Assembly (NCBI GenBank): GCA_964036045.1
Contig: OZ038379.1
Span: 14,260,001-14,324,000, forward strand
Direction of reading: 5' to 3'
From: Eutreptiella sp. 'Long Island Sound 2002'
Lineage: Eukaryota > Protista > Euglenida
DNA length: 64,000 nucleotides
A program made the position numbers and the translations under genes. Below the pieces are notes generated by a model, which was not told the origin of the DNA, searched no databases, and saw nothing but the letters and a program-made list of their open reading frames with translations. Within the stretch, counting starts at the first letter, position 1. Every line of letters begins with the position of its first letter. Positions 46,398 through 57,026 of the stretch are shown piece after piece.

Positions 46398-47132
46398 GAA
46401 AAGGTTTCTGGTTTGCCCACACTTGTGCTTGTTCCTTGTATTTGTTTTAGAAAACCTTGCTGATTTTCACCAAGTCAAAATAAGGTCCACACAGAGATAA
46501 AGTAGAGCAAGTCCGGATCGATGAAATTAGGATAAATCCTTCCACAATCAAAACATGTGCAACAAAGAGGGGCTGCACAAAGACAATGCAGGCTCAAATA
46601 CAATGCTTCAGTCACATACGGACAAAACAAATGATTCTGTAGAGAAAACTGACATAAGTCTGGCCACAAAGATAGACCCAAGCACCTCATGTGCACCTTT
46701 TGACATGCAATGGAGTTGGTTAGGAATCTGGGGCAAGTAGGTTGGGCCAGACACACGATATGGCTTGGCCTCCATGGCCAAGCAACTGAATTCAGAATCC
46801 GTTAAAAGGTAGCCCCACCATAAGTAGGTGAAACAATTGAGTATAGGGGTCCAGAGGTGGGAGACCACTAGGCTTAACCTGCAAGGCCCAAGGCGTGAGG
46901 TGCCTATTTTATTTCGGTATAACCTCCATGAAGGAAGATACCTCCGCCCACTTAAGTGGTAGGGGTGAATTTCATGGGGGGCTAGGGTTATAACCCTAGT
47001 TGCTTTGAAAAATGTTCTTAAAACTTCAAAAAAAGTGATAAAGTGTTAGCCTACACAACTTCCCAAGGTTTAGGGGGGGCTTCGCCTGGATCAAGTACCC
47101 CAAGAAAGACATGGTAGTGACTTTTTCTTACT
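46398..47132 (-). mobile_element. LTR-like repeat (duplicate of 53830-54564)
   Basis: Adjacent to the PBS at 46387-46397; homologous to 56295-57026. Confidence 0.7.
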
Positions 47133-48390
47133 TTTTGGACCCTCGCGACTCACCACTATTAGGGGTGGGGTTGGCACCTCTCCCCAAGTGATTGCAACTT
47201 TGAATTGCTGGGCATTATCAGAAGTAGCAAATGCCGCCATCGCTTTTCTCACACCTGTACTTGATATTTGTCCTTTATACTTAATGAAGCAGAGGGTCAA
47301 CTCCTGCCACCTTGCCCTTTGGAGGGCTGTCGAAATACACCTCCAGCCCTACCACAGGCATTGTGTCGGACTTCGCCATCACTACCAAATGATTTGGTGC
47401 AGGTGCCCCCCAGTGCTCCAAATCGTTACGGTCGAACGGCTTCATATCCGAGGAGAACATAAAGCTTGCGGTTCTACGCTGCAATGAAGTGATGCAACGA
47501 AATAGCCTTGTTTCAATCGCTAAAAAGCGAGCAATGCCTGATTGCAACGAGACACTACTTTTGGGGATTTGGCATCATCCTCCTGATCATCTTCTTTGCG
47601 TTCACGCTTCCTTGTTTGTATTTGCTGTGGCGCATGCTGCCAACAATGCACCTCATTCTTCACCCAGCGGCTCCGGACATGTTCGCCACATTGTGGACAA
47701 GGATGATCGGCCGTTTTCGCATTGGGCTGCTTGTTAACCTGAATAAGAGTGAATGGAGCCCGCAGAAGACTAACCTTGTTTAACGCACAAATCAAACCCA
47801 AGCCCGACCCAGCTCCCAGGGCATGTTTAAGTTGAGTGGGTGCAATTCTTGACGGCAAGTGTGCAAGTGTTTGGGAAGTGCACTCTTCAAGAGGATGCCT
47901 AGTACGTCATGCAATCCCCACACAGCACAACTAAAAATGGTATTTCGTAGGAAGCAAGAACGTGACAACATGCATGCTGCCCCCACTCGTCAGCTGCACT
48001 CCGGAACCAAAATTAAACCGTTGCACATTCACACATGGCCGTTATGAAATGTCCAATCTTCAATGAGAACCTGTGTAACAACCGCCTCCTTCACTTTGGC
48101 TTTCGCAAGAATGGTGCATCCTGTTTTTTGCCATCTGCTGCCGCAAATTGTTGACCAATGTGAAACATAAGAACCTCCAAGCGACACATTTGGGGTAGGT
48201 GGTCCATAAAAATGGACCTCTGTTCTGTTCTGTTCTGTTTTGTTCTGTTCTGTTCCGTTCTATTCTGTTCTGTTCTGTTCGGTTCGGTGTGGTTCGGTTT
48301 GGTTCGGTTTTGTTCTTATCTGATTTGTTCTATTCTGTTCTGTTGTGTTGTGTTTCTTTCTGTTTAGTTTTGTTTAGTTCTGTTCTATTT

Positions 48391-50878
48391 CACACAAGGA
48401 AAGGCTTATGCAGGCACCTTGATTGCTCACCACTTTGGCCATCCCGAGAACACAGACATTATGTCGCCATATTGATTGCTTCCCATTTCAACGATCCGTG
48501 GAAGGCATAGGTGATGTTGCCACATTGCTCCGAGAGGGAAGGGGTTATGTAGCCATTTTGATTGCTCCCCTCTTTCGCAGCCCCGGGAATGGCAAGCTGA
48601 CTTGGCCACCATGATTGCATGCAACTTGGAGGACCCCAAGATGGAATGGTCTACGTAGCCACACTGCTGGCCCCCGAGTTTGGGATGCTTAGAAAGCAAC
48701 GGTTAGGTAGCCACATTGATTGGGTTTTAATTTGGGTATTCTGAGAAGGCTGGGGTGAAATAGCCACGTCGATTGCTTCATTCTTTGGTGATACCGATCA
48801 AGCAGTCGTTACGTTGCCACATTGATTGCCCACCATGTTCGGTACGCCGAGTAGGCAGGGGTGATGTAGCCGCATTGATTGCCGTCACATTCGGGCCTAC
48901 AATGAGGCCATGGTTTTGCAGCCGTCTTGATTAATCCATCATTCGGCATCTCCACTAGGCAATCTTTCCGTCGCCACATTGATTGCCCACCCCTTTGGGC
49001 GCTCTGCGAAGGCGGGGGGTTATGTAGCCAAATTCATTGCTCACCATGTTGGGGACAATGCGAAGGCAAGGTTGATTTGGCCACATTGATTGCTCTCAAA
49101 CTGGGGCCCGCGAGAAGGCCGTGGTTTGGTAGCCGTTTTGATTGCTCTCTTTTTGGGCACCTCGAGAAGGCATGGGTTATGTACACACATTGATTGTGCT
49201 CCCCTTTGGGGATTGTACCAAGGCGGTGGTTTTTTTAGGCACATTGATTGGTCACCACATGGTTGACCTCGAGAACACATGGTTATGCGGCCACGTTGAT
49301 TGCTCACCATGTTGGGGCCCGGCAGATTGTAGGGGTGACGTAACCACATTGGTTGCTGTCACATTGCGGCCGCCGAGAAGGTATTGATTTTGAAGTTGTT
49401 TTGATTGCTTGCCTCTTTGGGGGCACCCAGAAAGCATTGGTCATGTAGCCACATTGACCGCTCTCCACCTTAGGCACTCTGCGTAGGCGGCATTTATGTT
49501 GCCACATTGATTGCTCACTACGTTGTGGACCCGGAGAAGGCAGGGGTTATGTAGCCACATTGCTCGCTCTCACATTTGGGCCCCCCGGAAGGCCATGATT
49601 TTCTCGTAGTCTCATTTGCTCCTTCTTTGGGGACCTCGAGAAGGCAGTGGTTGTGTAGCCGCATCGATTGCTCCCAATATCTAGGACTCCCCTGCAGCAC
49701 GCATTATGTAGCCACTTTGATTTCTCCCCACTTTGTAAACTCTTCGGCCACAGAGGTTATGTGGCCATATTAATTTCACCCCACTTCGGCGATTCCGGGA
49801 AGGCACAAGTGATGTAGCCACATTGATCGTCCCCACTTTGGTAACCTAGAGAACGTCGTAGTCCCTCCCCATTTCAGCTATCCTCGGAGGGCATAGGTGA
49901 TGTGGCCACATTGCTCCGACAAGGAAGGGGTTATGTAGCCATATTGATTGCTCCCCACTTGGGCCCCGGGAGCAAGCTGACGTAGCCACCATGATTGCTC
50001 CCAACTTGCAGGACACCACAAAGAAAGGGACTACCTAGCCGCATTGCTTGCCCCCTACTTTAAGGATGCTAAGAAGTCAACGGTTAGTTAGCCACATTGG
50101 TTGTATCCTGTTTTGGGCACTCCGAGAAGGCCGGGGTTAAAAAGCCACAATAAGTGCTCCACCCTTTGGGGGTACCGAGCAAGCAGTCGTTACGCGGCCA
50201 CATTCATTGCTCATCATGTTCGGTACACCGCAAACAGACATGTGATATAACCACAGTGTTTGCTCTCACATTCAAGCCCGCACCTAGACCATGGTGTTGT
50301 AGCCGTATTGAACCCTACATCATTCGGGACCTCGAGCAGGCAGCGGTTCTTTAGCCACATTTTTTGCTCTCACATTGGCGCCCGCGAGAAGCCAATGGTT
50401 ATGTAGCCAGATTGACTGCCCCCGGTTTTGAGGACCAGTAGAAGGCAAGGGTTATGTAGCAACATTGATTCCTCACCATGTTGGGCACCCCAGAAGGCGG
50501 CAGTCATGTGGCCACATTCATTGCGTACTTTGAGTATTGAAAAACAATGCCGTTTGTGACCTATGTTCAAAAATTTTAACTTTTATTGCTTTTAGGCCCA
50601 GTTTTCATGACACTTGTTGGGGGCATTTCGAGGGGGAGTTTATTTTTTGGGCGGGCGAGCAACTTGGGCCGTCCAAGTGGAAGGGCGAGCTAACTTCGGC
50701 AAATTCATTGCTCCCCCCGCTTGCGACCCCAACAACAAAAAGACTACGTGCTCGTATCCCTCGGGCCCCACTTTCTCCATCCTTAGACATCACGTCTTAG
50801 GTGGCTTCATTGACTATGTCCCATTTTAGGGACTCTGAGATTGCAAGGCCACGTTTGTTGCTCCCCGCTTTGGAGATC
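48391..50878 (+). repeat. Satellite block within the second copy of the 7.42 kb duplication
   Basis: Near-identical to 40972-43459 at offset 7419. Confidence 0.9.
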
Positions 50879-51208
50879 TTTAGTTTCCGTAGAAACTGAA
50901 GTTTAATTCGTTCCCTGGAGCTGCCGTCGATAGTGTGTTTATGCAGCATCTATATGTTCCCTTTCAGCGCTTAGTCGATTTTGGTAATCGAAATGGAGGG
51001 TGCACCGCATGGATTAGACGCACTGATCAAATTCTCCACAGATCACCAGGAGAAGTGGTCAAAAAATGTAGGCAAAAAGCAGGTGCTGGACATGGCCCAT
51101 TTGGAGTGGAAAAGGATCAATCAGAGTCACGGTTGGGTGGCTCGGATCCAGCATGCGGTTCAGCAGGTGGTGCCTGCGGGGCATGATGTCAGGGAGTTGT
51201 GGTATTTG

Positions 51209-53810
51209 CAGCCATGGTAGGGGGGGGCTTCTTCAAATCGGAGAGCCCAAGTTTTGCCTTGAGTGCAGCGGACAATGCACTCACGTCAGGGTCTTCATCA
51301 CCTGCACACAGGACCCGGGAAAGCAGCTCCATTGTCTCATCGAGACCAAGCTTAGGGGCTGCCATACGTGGGGGCAAACCTCGCTCCACGCATGAGGGTT
51401 CAGGAGCCACCCCCTTTGGGGAGGGTACTGGCTCCAGGCACTCGGGCTCCTTCGGCTCCTTCGAAGGTGTAGGTTCTCTGGAAATCTAGTCAGGTTCCCA
51501 GTCTGACGAATGGGCCGACGCCAACGCATCCAATTCGCCGTACGGTATCTCGAATATCTCGTCCAAGGGGAGGGTCCCAATGTACAATATGTACAGTGCC
51601 CAAGGGGGGGGGGGGTCCCAATGTACGATATGTACAGTGCCCAAGGGGGGGGGTCCCAATGTACGATATGTACAGTGCCCAAGGGGTGGGGTCCCAATGT
51701 ACCATATGTACATTGCCCAAGGGGAGAGTCCAAACGTACGATATGTACAGTGCCCAAGAGGAGGGTCCCAATGTACGATATGTACAGTGCCCAAGGTGTG
51801 GGGTCCCAATGTACCATATGTACAGTGCCCAAGGGGGGGGGTCCCAATGTACGATATGTACAGTGCCCAAGGGGAGGGTCCGAATGTACGATATGTACAG
51901 TGCCCAAGGGGGGGGGGGGTCCCAATGTACGATATGTACAGTGCCCAAGGGGGGGGGGTCCCAATGTACGATATGTACAGTGCCCAAGGGGGGGGGTCCC
52001 AATGTAAGATATGTACAGTGCCCAAGGGGGGGGGTCCCAATGTAAGATATCTACAGTGCCCAAGGGGGGGGGGTCCCAATGTACGATATGTACAGTGCCT
52101 AAGGGGAGGGTCCCAATGTAAGATATGTACAGTGGCCAAGGGGGGGGGGGGGGGTCCCAATGTAAGATATCTACAGTGCCCAAGGGGGGGGGTCCCAATG
52201 TACGATATGTACAGTGCCTAAGGGGAGGGTCCCAATGTAACATATGTACAGTGCCCAAGGGGGGCGTCCCGCTGTACAATATGTACAGTGCCTGCCCAAG
52301 GGGGGGGTCCCGTTGTACAATATGGACAGTGTCCAAGGGGGGGGTCCCAATGTACGATACGTACAGTGCCCAAGGGGAGGGTCCCAATGTACGAGGAGGA
52401 AGAGGAGGAGACGCGGCTCAATCCGGCGCGCATGACCTTCCCCATGGTGCCTACTGGCTCACCCCCCGGGACACCCCTGTTTAGCGGGCTGCGATGGGGG
52501 ATGCTGGTCTCCCTGTGGACCTGAAACCGGCTTAAGCATCATGGCGGGGCCTCTCCCCCATTTGAGCCTCTTCCTTGTAGTGTGGCGGGCCCCCGGACCT
52601 TGTCCCCACGTACCGCACTGGAGGTCCGTACCGTAGTACCCAGGTCAGGTTGCTTGGGGGCATGTTTTTTGTTGGCGTGTTGCGACGCCGCGCTTATACC
52701 AGAGGGCCAACCGGTTGTGTGTGTGGTCAGGACCGTGGTGGACGTCAATAGTGACCCCTGGATGCCACAAGCAGCATAATTTTACATCAAAAATGTCTGT
52801 TGACAGAGTGGGAACACAATTGCACAGCAGTGCTTCCCATTACAACCCAACAACCTTGATTCAACTGCCTTTTTTACTGCTGCTGCCAGGAATCCATTGA
52901 TTCGGGCTAAGGATTCGGGCGCATTCGTGGAATCCGAGTCCTTGAAACAGGGGGCCGGGAATGCTTTTCATCCTTAGTCATGTGTACTTTTTGGACGTAC
53001 AAAAAATTGCTTTGTGCCGAGTTTGCATGTGAGAAATGGGCATGCAAACCCGAGGCTCAACCTCACCCTTCGCCGCAGCAACGCACCTGTTGTTCCCTGC
53101 TCCGGCTGCTGGGATGCTTGTGCTCCGACGACCTTTTCTGTTGTTTCCTGCTCCAATCGGCTCTTTTCGATGCACTGCTCGCTCGCTGGGACCTGTCCGA
53201 ACTGTGGCTGCTGTGATGCTCGTGCTCCGACGACCTTTTCTGCACCTGCAAGAGAGACGGCCAAATGAGGCACATCAGTGTGCACCAAACGAGGCACGCA
53301 ATTCCATTACGTCTACGCACCCGCCATCATTTGCTTCCCAGCGGCTAGTCCGCCCCAAGTAGCCCCGAACATCGGTCCCAAAGCTGCATCTTTCCCTTTT
53401 CCTTTCATTGTTGTGCTTCTCCAGGCTTTGACCTTGGCATTGGCCACTTCGAACCCTAGAATAGGCGTGGTTTCGGACGGGGGCAATGAGGACACGACGG
53501 AAGCTAAGGCGGTTGCCACGGGGTCCTTGTCCTCGAGGCGCGTGAGATTCGCCCGCATTAAGCCAGGCACCTTAGCGCCCGGCCGGACTTCTTCTGTATA
53601 TATTTTTGTATTCTCTTCCGCCCCTCTTGGTTCTGCCTGTCCTCCCAGAGGACCAGTATCACGGGGTACACCACTTGTAGATGAAGGTCCAGCCTTCACA
53701 TCATCAGTTTTTGATCTGGTGCCTGTGATCGGTACGGTTTTGGCAGACATCTCCACAGTTCAGAATACAAGTGTTTCTTGGTGTTCTTCGTGTTTTGCTT
53801 TAGTCTTCTA
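51209..53810 (-). pseudogene. Decayed gag-like internal region (gag-b) interrupted by the minisatellite
   Basis: Follows the PBS; contains TMELLSRVL...SALSAALKAKLGL, similar to gag-a TAELLAKLL-SGALSEAVRAKLGI. Confidence 0.5.
51565..52392 (+). repeat. Same G-rich minisatellite, second copy
   Basis: Same order of variant units with local copy-number and G-run differences. Confidence 0.95.
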
Positions 53811-53818
53811 GGGCCCGT

Positions 53819-53829
53819 CTCTGCTACCA
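53819..53829 (-). promoter_or_regulatory. Primer-binding site complementary to the initiator tRNA-Met 3' end
   Basis: TGGTAGCAGAG is the complement of ...CUCUGCUACCA, directly after the LTR. Confidence 0.75.
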
Positions 53830-54564
53830 GAAAAGGTTTCTGGTTTGCCCACACTTGTGCTTGTTCCTTGTATTTGTTTTAGAAAACCTTGCTGATTTTC
53901 ACCAAGTCAAAATAAGGTCCACACAGAGATAAAGTAGAGCAAGTCCGGATCGATGAAATTAGGATAAATCCTTCCACAATCAAAACATGTGCAACAAAGA
54001 GGGGCTGCACAAAGACAATGCAGGCTCAAATACAATGCTTCAGTCACATACGGACAAAACAAATGATTCTGTAGAGAAAACTGACATAAGTCTGGCCACA
54101 AAGATAGACCCAAGCACCTCATGTGCACCTTTTGACATGCAATGGAGTTGGTTAGGAATCTGGGGCAAGTAGGTTGGGCCAGACACACGATATGGCTTGG
54201 CCAGCATGGCCAAGCAACTGAATTCAGAATCCGTTAAAAGGTAGCCCCACCATAAGTAGGTGAAACAATTGAGTATAGGGGTCCAGAGGTGGGAGACCAC
54301 TAGGCTTAACCTGCAAGGCCCAAGGCGTGAGGTGCCTATTTTATTTCGGTATAACCTCCATGAAGGAAGATACCTCCGCCCACTTAAGTGGTAGGGGTGA
54401 ATTTCATGGGGGGCTAGGGTTATAACCCTAGTTACTTTGAAAAATGTTCTTAAAACTTCAAAAAGAGTGATAAAGTGTTAGCCTACACAACTTCCCAAGG
54501 TTTAGGGGGGGCTTCGCCTGGATCACGTACCCCAAGAAAGACATGGTAGTGACTTTTTCTTACT
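53830..54564 (-). mobile_element. LTR-like repeat (LTR-b)
   Basis: About 500 bp align well with 56520-57026; immediately followed on the minus strand by the PBS TGGTAGCAGAG. Confidence 0.75.
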
Positions 54565-56223
54565 TTTTGGACCCTCGCGACTCACCACTATTAGGGGTGG
54601 GGTTGGCACCTCTCCCCAAGTGCCTCTTGAGGTATTTTTACATATGGGAGTCGTTCTCCCTCTCCACAGCCAGCTCAATGAGCAGGTCCACCAGGTCATC
54701 GTACGTATGAGTACGCCGCTTCCTCTCGGAAGTAGACCTGCAATCCTCCCACGTACGAGGGGGGATTTTACCCACAAGCCACAGGTGAGGTTCAGTGGGT
54801 CCCCCACGTTCATCCTGGAGAACAAATACTCCAGGTTGCCCACATAATTAGAGATACGCGCAGCGGGAGGGAATTCAGGGAGCATAGGAAGCTCCGCAAT
54901 CTGTGTGCGAACACTGAGATCCGTCTCATAGACGGGGAATGTTTTCTCCAATCGTTGGAGAACCTCAGCCCAAGTCAAACAGGTTTTTACAATTTCTTTA
55001 ACCTGTTTTTGCAGAAATTTCTTTTTACATGAACGCTTCAGAAGCGAACATTTAGTCGTCACATCCACGTGAGATTGGCCGATCAGTAGAAGAAATTCAG
55101 CAAATTCCTCCGCCCATTCTGGCAGTTTTTTTGGATCGAACTCCGGCAGTTCTAGCTGGATATTCGCTGGGGCAATAGGTTTCACTCTTCACTCTCCCCA
55201 CCCCCTGAGGTTGGATCCGAAGGGAGGGGAAACTTGCCAGCGAGTGGTGCCAAAGCCGTTAGTCCCCTCTTCTCGGCCTCGGTCACTAGGACATCCTGTA
55301 GCTCAGCGATGGGAACTGTTCGGGAACGAGGGTGAAAGGGACTTGGGGCAAGTGACCTTGGGTAGGAGCCTGGAAACCCTTGCTCTCTTGACATCGTCGG
55401 CGAGTGAGGTCAGACCTGCAGAAGGTGAGGCCATCGCCGGTTTTGCTAAGGGTTCAGTGATACCCAACTTGGCTCTTACAGCCTCAGACAGGGCTCCAGA
55501 TAACAGTTTGGCCAGCAGTTCTGCCGTACAGTTGAGAGCACCATCAGCTGGCCCTGGGGTACGAGAACCCCTGACTGTGGGGTATGGGTATTCGTAGGCT
55601 TGGCACGCTTCTGGTGTTCTCGTTGCTGTGGGAGGTTCTAGTCGCCACGTAGGCTCTTCGCATAGTGGCACAGTGAACCTCGAGCGTCTAGGCAGGGAGG
55701 CTGCGTCCGCCACGTCGGTCGGGGGACCCGAGTAGTAGTACCAGTCCATGTCAGTCTGGGGAGGAGACCCTATTGCGTCGATGGGCTCTTCGCCATCCTC
55801 TCCTCGTAGTGACTGGTGATAGTCCCTGTGTAGCATGTACTGATCCATGCGCCTCTTCAGGTCATCGTGCTCTTCAACGCTAGTGGACGACGAGGCAGGA
55901 CATACCGAACGGGTGAGGGAGACTGCAACGCGCCTGCGAAGGTGCTCCAAACTGTCACCATGGGCCGCTAAGGCCTCAGTGGTTAATGGTACTCCGGGCG
56001 CTCCTAGTGCAGGTCTAGGCGCCACTGTTTCAAGTTCTCTGGGCGCTTCTTTGTCCGCCCTTCTCTGATGTCGTGGATCTTCTTGAGACCCAAATGCGAC
56101 CCCAACTCTGAGTCTAGGCTGAGTGAGGTTGAGCCCAGTCGCCAGCTGTACATTCCTGATGGGATATGTTCTTGGTGACATTGTCACCGATGGGAGGGAC
56201 ATGTTCTTCAGCTGATTTTCCAT
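54565..56223 (-). pseudogene. gag: Retrotransposon gag-like ORF with frameshifts and stops (gag-a)
   Basis: ATG 60 nt after the PBS. LPEFDPKKLPEWAEEFAEFL...KCSLL...TWAEVLQRLEKTFP resembles retrotransposon Gag capsid; continues by frameshift into EPHLWLVGKIPP...DLVDLLIELAVERE; no pol follows. Confidence 0.65.
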
Positions 56224-56282
56224 TTTGGATTGTGTATTGCTCAGTTTTGTTCAGGGTCGGTTCGAAAGGTACTCAAGGGAAG

Positions 56283-56294
56283 CCTCTGCTACCG
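56283..56294 (-). promoter_or_regulatory. PBS (tRNA-iMet) with one mismatch
   Basis: CGGTAGCAGAGG on the minus strand, between LTR-a and the gag ATG at 56223. Confidence 0.65.
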
Positions 56295-57026
56295 GAAAGA
56301 ATATCCTCAATTATTGCCCTAAAGGTTTTGATGAAATCCTGCAGGTTTTGTAGTTGAAAAATAGGACCACAACAGCAAGTAGAGCATGAAAAGGATAAGG
56401 ATCGAGTCACTGAATAGTTTTGAAATCCAATGTATCACACAAGGGTTGCAGATAACAACAAGTGTAGTGTATAGACAGAAGCAAGTCTAAATACAATGCA
56501 TTCAACAAAATAGATGATTTTAAAAGAGAAAACTGACATAAATCTGGCCTCAAAGATAGTCCCAAGCACCTCATGTGCACCTTTTGACATGCAATGCAGT
56601 TAGTTAGGCATCTGGGGCAGGTAGGTTGGGCCAGACACACGATATGGCTTGGCTAGCATGGCCAAGCAATTGAATTCAGAATCAGTTAAAAGGTAGGCCC
56701 ACAATCAGTAGGTGAAACAATTGAGTATAGGGGTCCTGAGGTGGGAGACCACTAGGCTTAACCTGCAAGGCCCAAGGCATGAAATGCCTATTTTATTTCG
56801 GTATAACCTCCATGAAGGAAGATACCTCCGCTCACTTGAGTGGTAGGGGTGAACTTCATGGGGGGGCTAGGGTTATAACCCTAGTTACCTCGAAAAATGT
56901 ACTTAGAGCTTCAAAAAGAGTGATAAAAATGATTAAGTGTTAGTCTTCATTACTTCCCAAGGATTAGGGGCGGCTTGGCCTGGATCAAGTACCCCAAGAA
57001 AGACATGGTAGTGACTTTTTCTTACT
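56295..57026 (-). mobile_element. LTR-like repeat (LTR-a)
   Basis: Direct repeat of LTR-b with a shared boundary CTTACT; followed on the minus strand by a PBS variant and a gag-like ORF. Confidence 0.75.

Larger units (their letters stand above)
39772..47190 (+). repeat. 7.42 kb tandem segmental duplication, copy 1
   Basis: ORF-track pairs at constant offsets 7419 and 7432-7433; junction at 47189-47190. Confidence 0.92.
47191..54622 (+). repeat. 7.42 kb tandem segmental duplication, copy 2
   Basis: Begins ATTGCAACTTTG as at 39772 and ends CCCCAAGTG as at 47190. Confidence 0.92.
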
